This document shows positions 25,835-39,077 of a stretch of DNA of 64,000 bases, piece by piece. The notes under the pieces are model-generated. The model was not told where the DNA came from and did no database searches. It saw only the letters and a list, made by a program, of their open reading frames with translations. The stretch is from Octopus vulgaris (lineage: Eukaryota), in contig OX597818.1 of NCBI GenBank assembly GCA_951406725.2, forward strand, positions 20,770,001 to 20,834,000, given 5' to 3'. Position 1 is the stretch's first letter. Each line of letters starts with the position of its first letter. A program made the position numbers and the translations under genes.

Positions 25835-26463
25835 TAAAAGATTTTTAAGGAAACTGAAAATAAATTTAAAAAACAAAAATACTGTCTGTTTAAAGAAAGC
25901 TAAAATATTGCTGTACAAGCGACATACATTTTTGAAATCACATTCATTAAAAATGTTTCTGAATGATTAAGATATTGTGTACGTCAAAAAGTCGACGTTT
26001 TTTTTTTTCTTTCTTAGAGAGCGCGAAGACCATGTGTGTGTATATATCACAGATAACGGACGTGTGTTTGTATTGATTGACATGCCTTGACATTCATTAT
26101 ATGTGTGTATTCTGTATGTGTGAATGCGTGTTGACGTCACGGAAGCCATGTTTTTTTTCGTCAAGAAATAACAAACAAAAATTGTGTTCACTCGTTTTCG
26201 TTAATAAATAGAGGTCCAAATGTCGCAAAAGTTTGTACTGCACTGCTGAAGGTAAGTATGAAAATAAATATGCAAAACAATATTAAGATAAAATATACTA
26301 TTTCTGAGATATTTCGGGTGCAGACACACATCCCTAGAATTTTAGTATTATCAAACTATACACACACGCGCGCGCGCGCGCGCACACACATACACACACA
26401 CATATGCGTGTGTGTATATATATATATACACATATATACACAAATATATGCATGCATACATAC

Positions 26464-26499
<36 letters not shown>

Positions 26500-27339
26500 T
26501 AGTTTCTCTATCTATCTTTCCATACATACACATAAAGAGAGGAGGATTAAGATGAGAAAATATCTTGATCACTGCAAGCAAAGTGCGCTGCTAAAGCACA
26601 GTAGTGTTCGAACATCAGTAGATCAATGAGAATTCTTAGTGTTGGAAGGCCGTTAGTGCATACAAAATGACGTGACCTTATTTCACTGTGTCACTATATT
26701 TAAATGGATTGCTGACTTGGTGGCGCCTGTCTCCTCTCCAGGCGTTCGAATACACAAATACCTGTAAAATAACCGATCGATTTCTCGATTTTTATATTTT
26801 CCGAAATACCTTGTGGCAAAAAGCAAATGAAAATCAATATAAATAAACAAATATATGAATTAAATGCAGTTTTATATTTTACTAGTTTATCGACTTGTAT
26901 CAGCATAAACCGACAAAAAACGCTCTTTATTCTTTTTTAAAATATTTTTAAAATGTTGTTTGCTTTTATTTTTCTTTATTCTCCATTTTATGCATGTCGA
27001 TATAGCAGCTAAGTGCATTTTCAATTCTTGTCTTCTGATTTGCAACATTCTCTATGCATTTGGGTTCTGAATCGATTATCATCTTCTTTCCTTCTTCGAA
27101 AATTCTGAAAGCAACATCGTGTTCTTTAATTGAGACTTCCTTTCGTTTGAATTTTAAATGTCATCTTTTCCCCTCTTGGGAAAAGATGATCCGCTTCTTC
27201 ATATCGAGGCTGCTTTAAATTTGCGAGGATCTTTTTCGTTGAGGTCCGCATTATGCGACAGCCCGACTCACTAATCATTACGCCAGGCGACTTCACATAC
27301 ACACACACACTCACATGCGCACGCATACAGAAATATATG

Positions 27340-27374
<35 letters not shown>

Positions 27375-27473
27375 AGATATGTAGATAAATATATATACAT
27401 ATATGCACATATATATAAGTACATGTGTATGGTTACATACATATGTACATACCTACATATAAATATATATATA

Positions 27474-28771
27474 CTAGCAATATCGCCCGGCGTTGCTCGG
27501 ATTTGTAAGGGAAATAACTATATAAGCATTTTTAGAGAGTTATAGCCAAAAAATAGGAAAAAACTGCATTAAAAATGGAAAAAAAATTAAGGTAAATTTC
27601 TTTTTAAATCGTTGACACATCGTAGATATTTTTAGAGAGTTACTTCCCTTATATAATAGCGAAAAAAATGCATTAAAAGGGAAAAATATGATGGTAAATT
27701 TTTTTAAATCGTAGACTCATCGTAGACGCGCGCTAATACCCAGAATGGCTCGATATGACTCACGACTATAAGATACCCGGTTTGGTTTTTCTTAACCCTT
27801 TCGTTACTATATTTCTGACCAAAATACATCCCTTATGTGTTTCAATTATTTTCTAACGTAATCATAAATTTAGTCTGGTTTCATTAAACAACAATAACTT
27901 TTTTATTTATCAATATATTAATGTGATTTTTGGAAGATAATTTAATGAAATGTCCTCAACCAATTCTATACTATAATTTTTGTCACAAAGTGACTCTAAT
28001 TGCAGGTAGATACAGGTAAATTCAACAATATATAAAATTATTAAAATTTTGTTCAAACATCGCTATAGAAAATGGGTTATTAGCTAATATTCAATTGGGT
28101 ATACAACAAAATTTTACGATATAATTTGTTATTCTGGGTAACTTTCTGATACCCATAATAATATTTATGGCAAAATAGGCCTTAATTTCATTTAAGGTTG
28201 TGGGAAATAACAAACTATCCTTTCTTTCGTTTTGTTTACGTTTAGCATAACAGTTCGTTTCTGCCGTAATGATTTCAAATAGGCTCATTCGAAAAAGTAA
28301 ATAGAAATAGTTTGTGGCTTTACTCTTCTGGGAAAGTCTGTGGCTTGGTCCAGTTTCTTCAGAAAAATCACCGAAAGAAACAGTTTTTAAATTTTCACTC
28401 CATTCAGGTACCAATTCGTTTTCTTTATCGCTGTCGGATTCACTGTTTTCACTTTAATAGCTGCAAACTTGCAAAGACAAAGGAGGAGAAGGGTGATAGC
28501 GTCAGTGAAACAGTTCGTTCCCTTTGTGTGTGTGTGCGTTTACGTGTGGTGTAAACCACATTAAGAAGAGCATTTGACATACACACCAGAATGTGAGTTT
28601 TCTGTAAATTTTGCTTAATTGGAGTTTAAATTTTAAAAACTGGACCTGGCATGACCCGATGCATTCTACTCTTAAAAATGCTAGGTAAATTGTAATTGAA
28701 GAAATCCTATATTGTAGATTTCTATAACTTACAAAGGGAGGCAGATAAAATCTGCCTTTTATAATAAGAGA
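27474..28771 (-). mobile_element. Non-autonomous Helitron-like element
   Basis: On the minus strand it starts A|TC (28771) and ends with the GC-rich hairpin-like ccgagcaacgccggg...CTAG|T (27474); embedded in (TA)n. Confidence 0.7.
27792..28620 (-). mobile_element. piggyBac-like fragment nested in the Helitron
   Basis: TTAA|CCCTTTCG terminus at 27792. Minus ORF 28091-28414 LFEIITAETNCYA...TTLNEIKAYFAINIIMGIRKLP matches the N-terminal part of piggyBac transposases. The second terminus was not found. Confidence 0.75.
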
Positions 28772-29362
28772 TATATATATGCATGCATATATATATATAT
28801 ATATACATCACACACATACATACATATATACGGATATGTGTGTGTTTGCCTGTGTATGTGTGTATGCATATTTGTTTATCCATGCATATATATATATATG
28901 TATACATATGTATGTGTGTCTTTGCTTCTCTCTTTATACATATGTATATATAGAGAGAGAGGGGGTGAGATAGAGAGCTGTGCACACACACACACGCGCG
29001 CGCGCGCACCCACATATATGTATACACATACTCGAATGCATACATATTTATAAGTATATAGGTTTGTGGCCGTGAGTACGTATGTATGTATGTATACACC
29101 TATGTATGCAAGTATGTCAATACACCAATCAATAAACTCTGACTCCGAAATAAATATCAACGCCTTTTCAACAGATCAACTTTTATATTCAGTCATATTT
29201 AATTTATTACTCTGAATCACCAGTCATATAACCTCACAAAGATGTCAACATCTAAATTCTCACTTATTTTATCGTTTGGATAAAGCTAAACGGTTTTGTG
29301 CTCTGTACCCCTGGTGCCCACGGTGTAGAATACAGATGTGTCCCTTGACACATGCAAATCTC

Positions 29363-29431
<69 letters not shown>

Positions 29432-29458
29432 TATAAATATGCTATATATATATATATA

Positions 29459-29501
<43 letters not shown>

Positions 29502-29653
29502 GTTTTTACATGTACATCTATCTATATATTTGTATGTGTGTGTGTATACACATACATACATACCGACACACATACACTCACACATATATACTCACATACA
29601 TATGTATATTTATGATTGTATGTTTGTGTGTGCATATATATATATATTAATAT

Positions 29654-29729
<76 letters not shown>

Positions 29730-29997
29730 TATGTATGTATGTATAACCAGTTAAATGTTAATAAAAGGATGACTTTATATATTAGTATATCTAAGTAGAA
29801 TATCATATTATTTTGTTTTAAAAAGGTAGTGACTTCGAAGCTTCGTCAAAATATTTGAGAAAGGCAACTTAGCCAAAGCTTCGAAGTCAGTGTCAAATAT
29901 TTTCCCGGGTCAATCTAAGTGATATGTGTGCATATCTATAAATATACATGCATTAAAACAGGGGATTGGGAATTATTTGGTATTATTTATTCACCAA

Positions 29998-30082
29998 TAC
30001 ACGTGTTTCATTTGCTAATAGGAGTTACAAAACTGTAACATGTAGAAAACACATAAGATGTCTCCTATAAGAAACTCCTCAG
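29998..30082 (-). ncRNA. Hammerhead-like core with long stem II (helix I not evident)
   Basis: Reverse complement CTGAGGA ...taggag...ctccta... GAAA cacgtg TA, with palindromic ACACGTGT. Confidence 0.4.
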
Positions 30083-30418
30083 ACAGAGAAGCATAGAATA
30101 CAAAATTTACATATTTACATTTGGTTGAAGCGTCTATATGTAGTTAGTAATCAGTAATCTTTTAGGTGGGTGGGTAGAGGGAGAGAAAAACATATCTAGT
30201 AACGTAGGAAAATGATAGAAGGTTAGAGAATGAAATAAATGTACGCATATACAAAATGTTTCATATAGATACAGACTTACACATTACGCATAAACATACA
30301 CCCATTATGCATAGATATCCATTATCTGTTTTCCTGTCTTCAATCGCATTGTTTGTATAGACGTAATTGTATGCGAATCGTCGTAACTAGAATATCTATA
30401 GAGATAAAGCTAGAAGTG

Positions 30419-30541
<123 letters not shown>

Positions 30542-30560
30542 TGTATGTGTGTGTGTGTGA

Positions 30561-30860
30561 AGGTGCAATGGCCCAGTGGTTAGGGCAGCGGACTTGTGGT
30601 CGTAGGATCGCGGTTTCGATTCCCAGACCGGGCGTTGTGAGTGTTTATTGGGCGAAAAACACCTAAAGCTCCACGAGGCTCCGGCAGGGGGTGGTGGCGA
30701 TCCCTGCTGTACTCTTTCACCACAACTTTCTCTCACTCTTTTTTCTGTTGGGTGCTCGCTTAGCCAGCGGGGTGGCGTCATTTGAAGGCTAAAACAATGC
30801 GAAGTGCATTGTGACCAGCGGTGTGTAGCAACATCTGAGAGCCTGGTCAGTCACTGTGAC
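30561..30860 (+). mobile_element. tRNA-derived SINE (family 2) with (TACA)n tail
   Basis: ggtgcaatggcccagtggttagggcagcggacttgtggtcgtaggatcgcggtttcgattcccagaccggg... Confidence 0.85.
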
Positions 30861-31769
30861 ATACATACATACATACATACATACATACATACATACATAC
30901 ATACATAAATACATACAAGTATATGTACATCGAATATACATATATACATACATATATATTTTATTCTTTTACTTGTTTCAGTCATTTGACTGCGGCAATG
31001 TTGTAGGACCGTCTTTAATCGAACAAATTGACCCCAGGACTAGTACTTATTCTATCGGTCTCCATACACTGAGTATTCCGTCGTCAGAGACAAGGTGTAT
31101 CTGCAGGAAAGTTCCATACAGGGAATTCACAGTATGTAAAATAATAAAACAGTAGATAGAAGAATAAAGACAGGAGAGTAAAGTTCATTGTTCATCTTGT
31201 TCTTGAGGATATGGAGGTTAGTCTGTACGTTCGTGAAGGTATAGCTCCTTAAGTATAATCCCAGGTAAATCCAGATAGTATTTTGAATGTTGCATTCAGA
31301 TTGAAAGAATAGATCAAGTGGTTAGCTTGTTAGAAAAATGGTCCTCACACATACCGTGTGAGAGAGACGGTACGTGCGGTACTCCTATGTGAACCATTTA
31401 TCTTACAAGCTTATACCCTGTGTATGGAGGTGTTGACCCATCACCTGATATATGCCAGAAACAGCTGTAAGATATTAATTACTTCTTCTCCATCTTTGAT
31501 TCACCTTATTCTAAATATTCTCAATGATCTGAGACGCTCGTCCTGCCTTGGTTTTGTTTAATTTTCCTTTGATATATACCTGCTGACTTGGAAGCCTACT
31601 ATGGATCCCTTGCTACAGCCTCAGCTGTGAATTTGGAACCTAACGGATGACCAATGCATCGTACCTATTCGTTTAGATCATCAGTGAACCAAAACCCTCA
31701 TATTATATATATATATATATATATTATATTATATTATATTATATTATATTATATTATATTATATTATAT

Positions 31770-32010
31770 TATATAAAATCCGTTCTGTCTATCTCTGTGT
31801 GTGTCTTCTAGGATCTCGGGCATCCTCCATCCGATTGCGCTCAAATTTGATATGTACATACCGACGGTATCAGGACATGTCTTGAAAAAATTACAAAAAT
31901 CGATTCCAGGTGAGAATCGATGAAGCCGTGGGAACGTGCATTTGTAAAATCGTTTTTCTTGGAATTGGAAAAAGTCTATCATTATTTCTTATTTTGCTGG
32001 TGTCTCAAAT
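31770..32010 (+). mobile_element. Helitron/HINE-like 5' fragment
   Basis: tatataaaatcc.ttctgtct..ctctgtgtgtgtc...catccgattgcgctcaaattt; same architecture as the start of the 42283 element. Confidence 0.45.
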
Positions 32011-32171
32011 TTAGGTTAAATCAGTGTTTCTCAAAGGGGGGCCTATGGGACAGTCGGACAAGTTGTTTTGAGAAAATTTGGTTTAAATGTTTCACAACTC
32101 AGCACCTTCTTTCTCTCGTATAATGTCTTATATTTATTTATTTATATATCTGTTTCTTTGTATATTTTCAG

Positions 32172-32299
32172 AATGTCCAAACTGACCAGTTGGGAAGCTA
32201 TTTTCTACAATATCAAGCAGGATGCTCTGTATGACAGTAGAGACCCTGCTGTTAAGGCTGTGCTTAAGGACCTACTGGAACAACCGATTGAAGAAGTTG
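32172..32299 (+). CDS. FAM20C: FAM20C coding exon 2 (MSKLTSWEAIFYNIKQDALYDSRDPAVKAVLKDLLEQPIEEV)
   Basis: Acceptor ttttcag, donor G|GTAAGG. The peptide aligns by eye with the Fam20C W..F...I....LY.......LL.DL....I..V segment. Confidence 0.9.
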
Positions 32300-33459
32300 G
32301 TAAGGCACAAAAACGGTTATATTTATGCATTGCAGATTGAGACACCTTAAATAGATATTTGTGGAATTGTACGTGTGTTCCTATAAACTCATAAAATACA
32401 TATGTGAGAGAGAGAGAAAGAGAGAAGGAAAGGAAAAGAAAGAGAGGGGAAATGGGGAGAGAAAGAGATTTCCGCTCCAGAAGTTCGATAAGGTAGCCAA
32501 ACATGGCGAAATTCGAACTGAGAAAGTAAAGGATTATAACAAGATACTGCATGGCATTTTTCAAACCCACCTACTCATCCTTCTAATCCACTTTACCTCT
32601 GTACCAATTGTGCCGTTTGATGCACCCGCGAATGAGGCGATTTGGCGCAGCTGTTTAGATGCAAACCATTTGCCACACCTGACTCGACATTCAGTTTGTT
32701 TTGACGACTGTAGCTTTTGGCACTAGAGGCAAATACACACACATATACACGCATAGAAGTATACACATACAGAGTGAGAGAGATGGAGGAGAAGGGGGAA
32801 AGAGAGAGAGAGAGAGAGATTGATATTTATCAATTGAACACAATTGATTACAAACGCTTTTGTTATCCTAATGCAAATAAAGAGAAATATGTTCATACAC
32901 AGGAACAGAAAGAGTGGAGGAGAAAAAAGAGAGACAGAGAGAAAGAAGGCAAAGAAAGAAAGAATAGAAGGAAGGAAGAAAGGAGGGGTGGGAGAGGACA
33001 AGAGAAACATTAAAACGTCCGATATTAAATAAGTCAGCATCGACTCGGCGATGCCAAATTATCGGTGCCAAAATGACTATGCCAAAACGACTTAAACTCA
33101 TCTACGAGATTTCAATGAAAGGTGCATCTTGCTGAAACTAACAAAGTTAGCCATTTTGGTTCCAGCTAATGTGCGTGCGCGCGTGTAAGTGTATGTATGT
33201 TTGTTCACATGTATGTAGAGAGTTCTTTATTGGCTCACGACGACAACGATGGTGGCGATGATGATGATGGTGGCGATAGTGGTGTTTTGTCAAAAGTTAA
33301 TATAAGGGCAGATTCATCGTGAGAGTATCGGTAAAATTTTGTATTTATTTCATAATCTCTGCATAAGATATCAGTATGCTGTGGCTTTTGTCGTTTAACC
33401 TCAAGTCAGCCCCGATGAAACACGCCAAAATAGGGGTGCGTCTTACACGGCAAATACGG

Positions 33460-33687
33460 TAGGCGAGCTGGCAGAAACGTTAGCACGCCGGGCGAAATGC
33501 TTAGCAGTGTTTCGTCTGCCGCTACGTTCTGAGTTCAAATTCCGCCGAGGTCGACTTTGCCTTTCATCCTTTCGGGGTCGATTAAATAAGTACCAGTTAT
33601 GTACAGGAGTCGATGTAATCGATTTAGTCCCTTTGTCTGTCCTTGTTTGTCCCCTCTATGTTTAGCCCCTTGTGGACAATAAAGAAT
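33460..33687 (+). mobile_element. Family-1 SINE, well preserved, ~75 nt upstream of the exon 3 acceptor
   Basis: ggcgagctggcagaaacgttagcacgccggg...gagttcaaattccgccgaggtcgactttgcctttcatcctttcggggtcg. Confidence 0.88.
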
Positions 33688-33761
33688 TGTATGTGTTCTA
33701 TATATGAGTACTATAGTTCTACTTCAATGACAACATTTATTTCTAACATTTTATTTTCTAG

Positions 33762-33840
33762 AAATGAAATCTGGTGGCACGCAATTGAAGTTGATTTTTA
33801 CTTTTGAGAACGAAGGCCGAGCTTTATTTAAACCGATGAG
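33762..33840 (+). CDS. FAM20C: FAM20C coding exon 3 ([27 protein letters not shown])
   Basis: Acceptor ttttctag, donor AG|GTAAAT. Contains the Fam20 GGTQLKL loop and the ALFKPM ATP-binding Lys. Too short to appear in the ORF track. Confidence 0.96.
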
Positions 33841-34149
33841 GTAAATGGCTTCTTTTTTTTTTTTACACCGTGCGGGAACGTCTAGTTTTGTTTAAAATTT
33901 TGAACATGATTGAATCGTTTTGGGTTTTTTTAATTTTCATTGTTATCCTATTTATTGATACGTAAAATCTTTTGGTATTTTTTCATGTGGCTTTGTTGAA
34001 ACTGCAGGTATAATTTTTCAGATAATACGAAAAAAGATTCAGATATGATGTTAGACCAGAGTTTCCAAACCATTTTACTATTAGGATTAGGGTCATTCTT
34101 AGAGAATCATTGAAGTGCATTCTATATCTCTGGAAACACAGTTCAAATT

Positions 34150-34232
<83 letters not shown>

Positions 34233-34887
34233 CTCACTTTCCTTCCCTCCCTCTTTTTTAAAGCTAACTTAAGCAAATCATAAAACTGTCTTTGATAGGT
34301 TTGGCATTATCCACAATAACTCAAAAATACATTTGCATAAAATTATTACGGAAGCCTAGTTTTCTGGGAAATTTCGCTTGGCAAACGATGTTTTAGACTA
34401 ACATATCACTTAATGTATGTATCACAGCGAAATAAACCGCGACAGTGGAGGACTACATGGCCCAACTGAAAGACATAACGAAACACCATTAAAAAGATTT
34501 GAATGTATGACCTATGAGTTCTTAATTCAATGTTTTTACCAATTCGACCACTTCAATGCTTTCCTATTGATTTTGTTTTTGTTGTTGTTGTTAATCCCCA
34601 AATCGAACAGGATGGTGATAAAAGATGCCCTAACCGTGATCATCCTGTTTTTTTTGTGGGGGGGTTGTTTTGTTTTGTTTTTTGGTATACAAGTGATTAC
34701 ATTGTTTGATGCATCATTCTTTGTCTAAGACAGTAGAGTATGATTTGAAAGGTATTTGCCTACGATTTGTAGCAGATCGAAAGCAAAAAACGTGTAAAGG
34801 CCTTCACCTGAGTTTTAGTGGCGTGCAGAAAAGAAAAAGTTGAGAGGAGTAAAGTCGTACTGAGTGTTTCACTTGAGTGTTTATTCC

Positions 34888-34960
<73 letters not shown>

Positions 34961-35822
34961 ACAACATCGTTTAACGTCCATCTTCCATGCATCTTCCTTC
35001 GTTTTACCAAACTGTTGGAAATAGACTCACATAGAGGGAACTTATTCTTTGAACCAAAGTTAAACTAGGCAACTGATTAAGTCTATCACCCATATGGGCC
35101 ACGGCAGGATTTGGTCCCTTTGAACTCAGAACGCAAAGATCCCGACAAATGATTTGCAGCTTATAACGACGCCGAAAGAAGATGCAGATATGTATGATAA
35201 CAAAAACATCTTTATTTCAGCCATATTGGATTTCATTCAGCTTTAGTGTAGTTTGAATCGTTAATGGAACGACTGATACGTGGTTGCAATATCTACGTAT
35301 ATGTGTTCAGATTTTATCAACCAGCGGTGAATTGAGCGATACGTGTTCGAGAAAAATTACATAACAAAACACTGAGTCTGTAGAGCAATATATGTTTAGG
35401 CTTAATGTTTAAGAATGTTGAAGTTATAAGGACGAGTGGGGGAATGCAGGGAGGGAGACAGACAGGCAGACAGGCAGGCAAGGAGTGAACATAAAGTCTA
35501 AAAACTAAGAGATTGCAGTTTCGGCTTAATTAAGTTCCATTCAGCTATGGAACTGACACGCATATGACCATTTAGTCTAATTTTGCATGTGAATGTGTGC
35601 ACACGAATAGACTTTACCTACACTCTTGCCAGCATACAAAGACACACTTGTGTTTTCGCATATATATATAATTAAATATACACACACACACATACATATT
35701 CATGTATATATTTATGTGTGTGTAGATGCTCATATGCTGTGTAAATGTTACACATATATGCACGCACGCACACAAATTTATAAGTATGTGTCTTTTGTTT
35801 GTTCATTCACTCGTATATTGTG

Positions 35823-35888
<66 letters not shown>

Positions 35889-36157
35889 TGTGTGTGTGTG
35901 TGGTAACATACACATACACACGTGTGCGTGTCAGTGTATGTGGGTTTAGGTCTTCTTGCTCAAAAATATCTTTGGAGATATATCCAACTACTACGAAATT
36001 GTATGACAACCAACCGGGTCGAAATCGGAATCTTTCGGCTATCACGTCTGCGTTTTAGGATTGAGTGGTATATGTATGACAAAGTGTATTTGGAGAAAAT
36101 GCTATGACACAATCACAACAACTTGTGGATTTAGTTTTTAAAAATGGTGACGTAAAT

Positions 36158-37140
36158 GCGAGAATGGCTGCATGGTTAAGAAGCTCGCTTTGCAACTACG
36201 TCGTCTTCGGTTGAATCCCGCTGCGTGTTTCCTTGGGCAAGTGTTTTCTAATACAACCTAGGGCTGACCAAAGCCTTGTGAGTGAATTCGGTTGATGCAA
36301 ACAGCGTGGCAGCCCGTCCTGTATATGTATGTATGTGTGTGTTCATGGGTGTGTCTGTGTTTGTCACCCCACCACCACCACTTCACAACACCGATGTTGG
36401 TTTGTTTATGTCACCGTGACATAGCGCTTTGGCAAAAGTGAGAACTAGAATAACTACCAGACTTTAAAAACGTAAGTGCTGGGTTCGATCTGTCCATACT
36501 AAACCCTTCAAAGCATTTTACCTCAGCTCAATGACTGAAACAAGTAAAAGATTTTTTTTAAATAATAAAAATAAACAGAATAAAAAAGTGTATTTGGGAC
36601 AGTAATTAACTACTACTTATAATTAATTTGGTGGATTGAGAGAAAAAGTTATGGCAAAGCTAGTGTATTTGCATGGTTGAGGTAAAAAAATGAAAACTAC
36701 CTATGACATATTAGGTGCAGGTATGGCTGTGTGGTAAGAAGCTTGCTTCCCAACCACATAGTTCAGGGTTCAGTCGCATTGCGTGACAATTTGGGCATGT
36801 GTCTTCTACTATAGCCCCGGGCCGATTTGGTAGATTGAGACTGAAAGAAGCCCGTCATATGTGTGTGTTTTTGTGTCTGTTTTTGCCTCCGCCATCCTTT
36901 GCGTGTGTGTATGTGTTAAGGTCGCACGCTGGCAGAATCGTTAGCATACTGGGAAAATGCTTAACGACATTTCTTCCGGCTATTCTTTCTAAGTTCGAGT
37001 TCCGCTAAGTTCGACGACTTCGCACTTTCACTCATTCGGCGCCGATAAAGTAAGTACTAATTGAGCAATGGAATTGATGTAGTTGACTATCTCCCGGCAA
37101 AAAATTTCAGGCCCTGCACCTACGAGTAGAAAGGCTCATT
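36158..37140 (+). mobile_element. SINE cluster (family 3 at ~36158-36550 and ~36713-36900; family 1 at ~36925-37140)
   Basis: tRNA-like heads followed by the shared cttgggcaagtgt(c/t)ttcta core. Confidence 0.7.
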
Positions 37141-37442
37141 AGTGTTTGTGCGCTCACGCACGCGCGTGTCTGTGATAGATTTAGATAGTATTTGGTGGAC
37201 TGAATAAACAAACTTACGAAATAATTAGTGTACTGTGTGTGTTTGTGTGGGTGTGTCTGTGTTGTAGCTTAACTCTTAAACGAAGGGGAATGGTTACAGA
37301 ATGTACGTGTCAAAGGGACAAAAAACAAAAATATATCACTGGTTTCACATAATGTATGTGTTTTGTTCAAATGTTTTCACGCTGCGTTATTTTGTCAGAG
37401 AATGTCTCTTTAAGACATAGAGTATTAAAAATTAACACTGTA

Positions 37443-37661
37443 ACAGGGGAACTGCTCAAAAGTTTCTGGATTTAAAGGTGTCGCGAAAGGCCTGGTTGGA
37501 GGCCCAACTTTCCAAGTTCTTTCACGGGGCTTAGAAAAACTGAAGGACTGCTGCAAAAGGTTTGTGAATCAGAGAGGGGAATATGTTGAATAAAATCATA
37601 ATTAACTGATCCTTCTGTATTTTCTTTTACGCAAAGCTAAGAACTTTTCAGCACACCCATG
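37443..37661. mobile_element. mariner-type MITE, degenerate
   Basis: Imperfect TIRs ggggaactgctcaaaagtttctgg / ctaagaacttttcagcacaccc, flanked by TA. Confidence 0.55.
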
Positions 37662-37906
37662 TATACTGCCAAAGCAAATGAAACGAATTGTCTCGTAGGC
37701 GAACGAGAACACTAGATATCGATATTTCGCTGTTATTTCAACTCTTCAGTACTGTATAGTCTTGTAACCCTCGAAACGAATTCAAATCGCTGCTCTGAGG
37801 TATGCAAATAGTGTAAAAATTTATCCACTGATGTGCAACAGCGCTGCACAAGTAAGATAAAATTATATTTTGAGTATGTGTCTTTCGTTTGTTCATTCAC
37901 TCGTAT

Positions 37907-37989
<83 letters not shown>

Positions 37990-38689
37990 ACATATATATA
38001 AACCAAATTTAATAATGTAAATATTTTTGATGTCACATACTTTTTATTTTTTGTTAAAGGCAATTTTTATATTCATTTTCATTCTAAATAAGTTCAAAAA
38101 CTATAATAATTGTTAGTCTCTTGCACAGGAAAATTGTACAACCTCATTTTCAAAAAAGTGCCATCATATATTCACTTTCCTTTGATGGTGGCCATAGTCA
38201 TGTAAAATTTTGAAACATCAATTGATGATGTCCGCTGTTCTCTAATGAAACATCAGTTGATGTCCTCCGTTTAAGGCTTAAGTTAAAAAAAAAAGAAGAA
38301 AAAAACCGATAACTATATATATATTTGGCGAAAAACTTTCGACATAATAAGCGCATTCGTTGATTGATTAACAGAAACTTAAGACTGAGTGCATTTGCTG
38401 AAAAACATATGATGTTATAAGCGCATTGTTGGATTGAGTTTAAAAACAGTATTTTCGGTTTCCTACACTTAGGTGGATGATCTTAGACTTTGTGGTGGGA
38501 TGCAAGTTATTTTTCTTTCAACATGTAACTTACTAATTTCTCGTTTACGGCGGGAAGTGGACAGGGGTAATATTATTTTTCCTTTGAACTTATGAGATAA
38601 CTGACATGTGTGAATGTCTGAAGGTGGAAGGGGCATGTAGAAACATCCTTTCATAATGTTTGGAAGCTCTCCCTATACTTTTACTTTTT

Positions 38690-38733
<44 letters not shown>

Positions 38734-39037
38734 AATACACACATATGCACACGCAGAGGCATCATACATACATATGTATGTGTGTATACCTATCTACAAA
38801 TATATGCACATACACACATACATGTGTGTATGCATATCTATAAATGTATACATTATATAATATACAGTCTCACACACACATGTATACATACATACACACA
38901 TGCTCACATATTTATATTTATATTTATATATATGCATACATGCATACATGCATTCATACATACAAACATACATACATGCATACATGCATACATGCATTCA
39001 TACATACAAATATACATACATGCATGCATACATACAC

Positions 39038-39077
<40 letters not shown>

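Noticed and set aside
31070-31690. Possible Penelope ORF remnant
   Set aside because: Only half-motifs (CTGACGA on -, GAAACAGCTGTA on +) are present, with no convincing RT or GIY-YIG translation.
34804-35068. Poly-Asp/His/Ser ORFs as an extra FAM20C exon or matrix protein
   Set aside because: It is a (CAT)n microsatellite, and exons 3 and 4 already join in frame with no gap in the kinase alignment.
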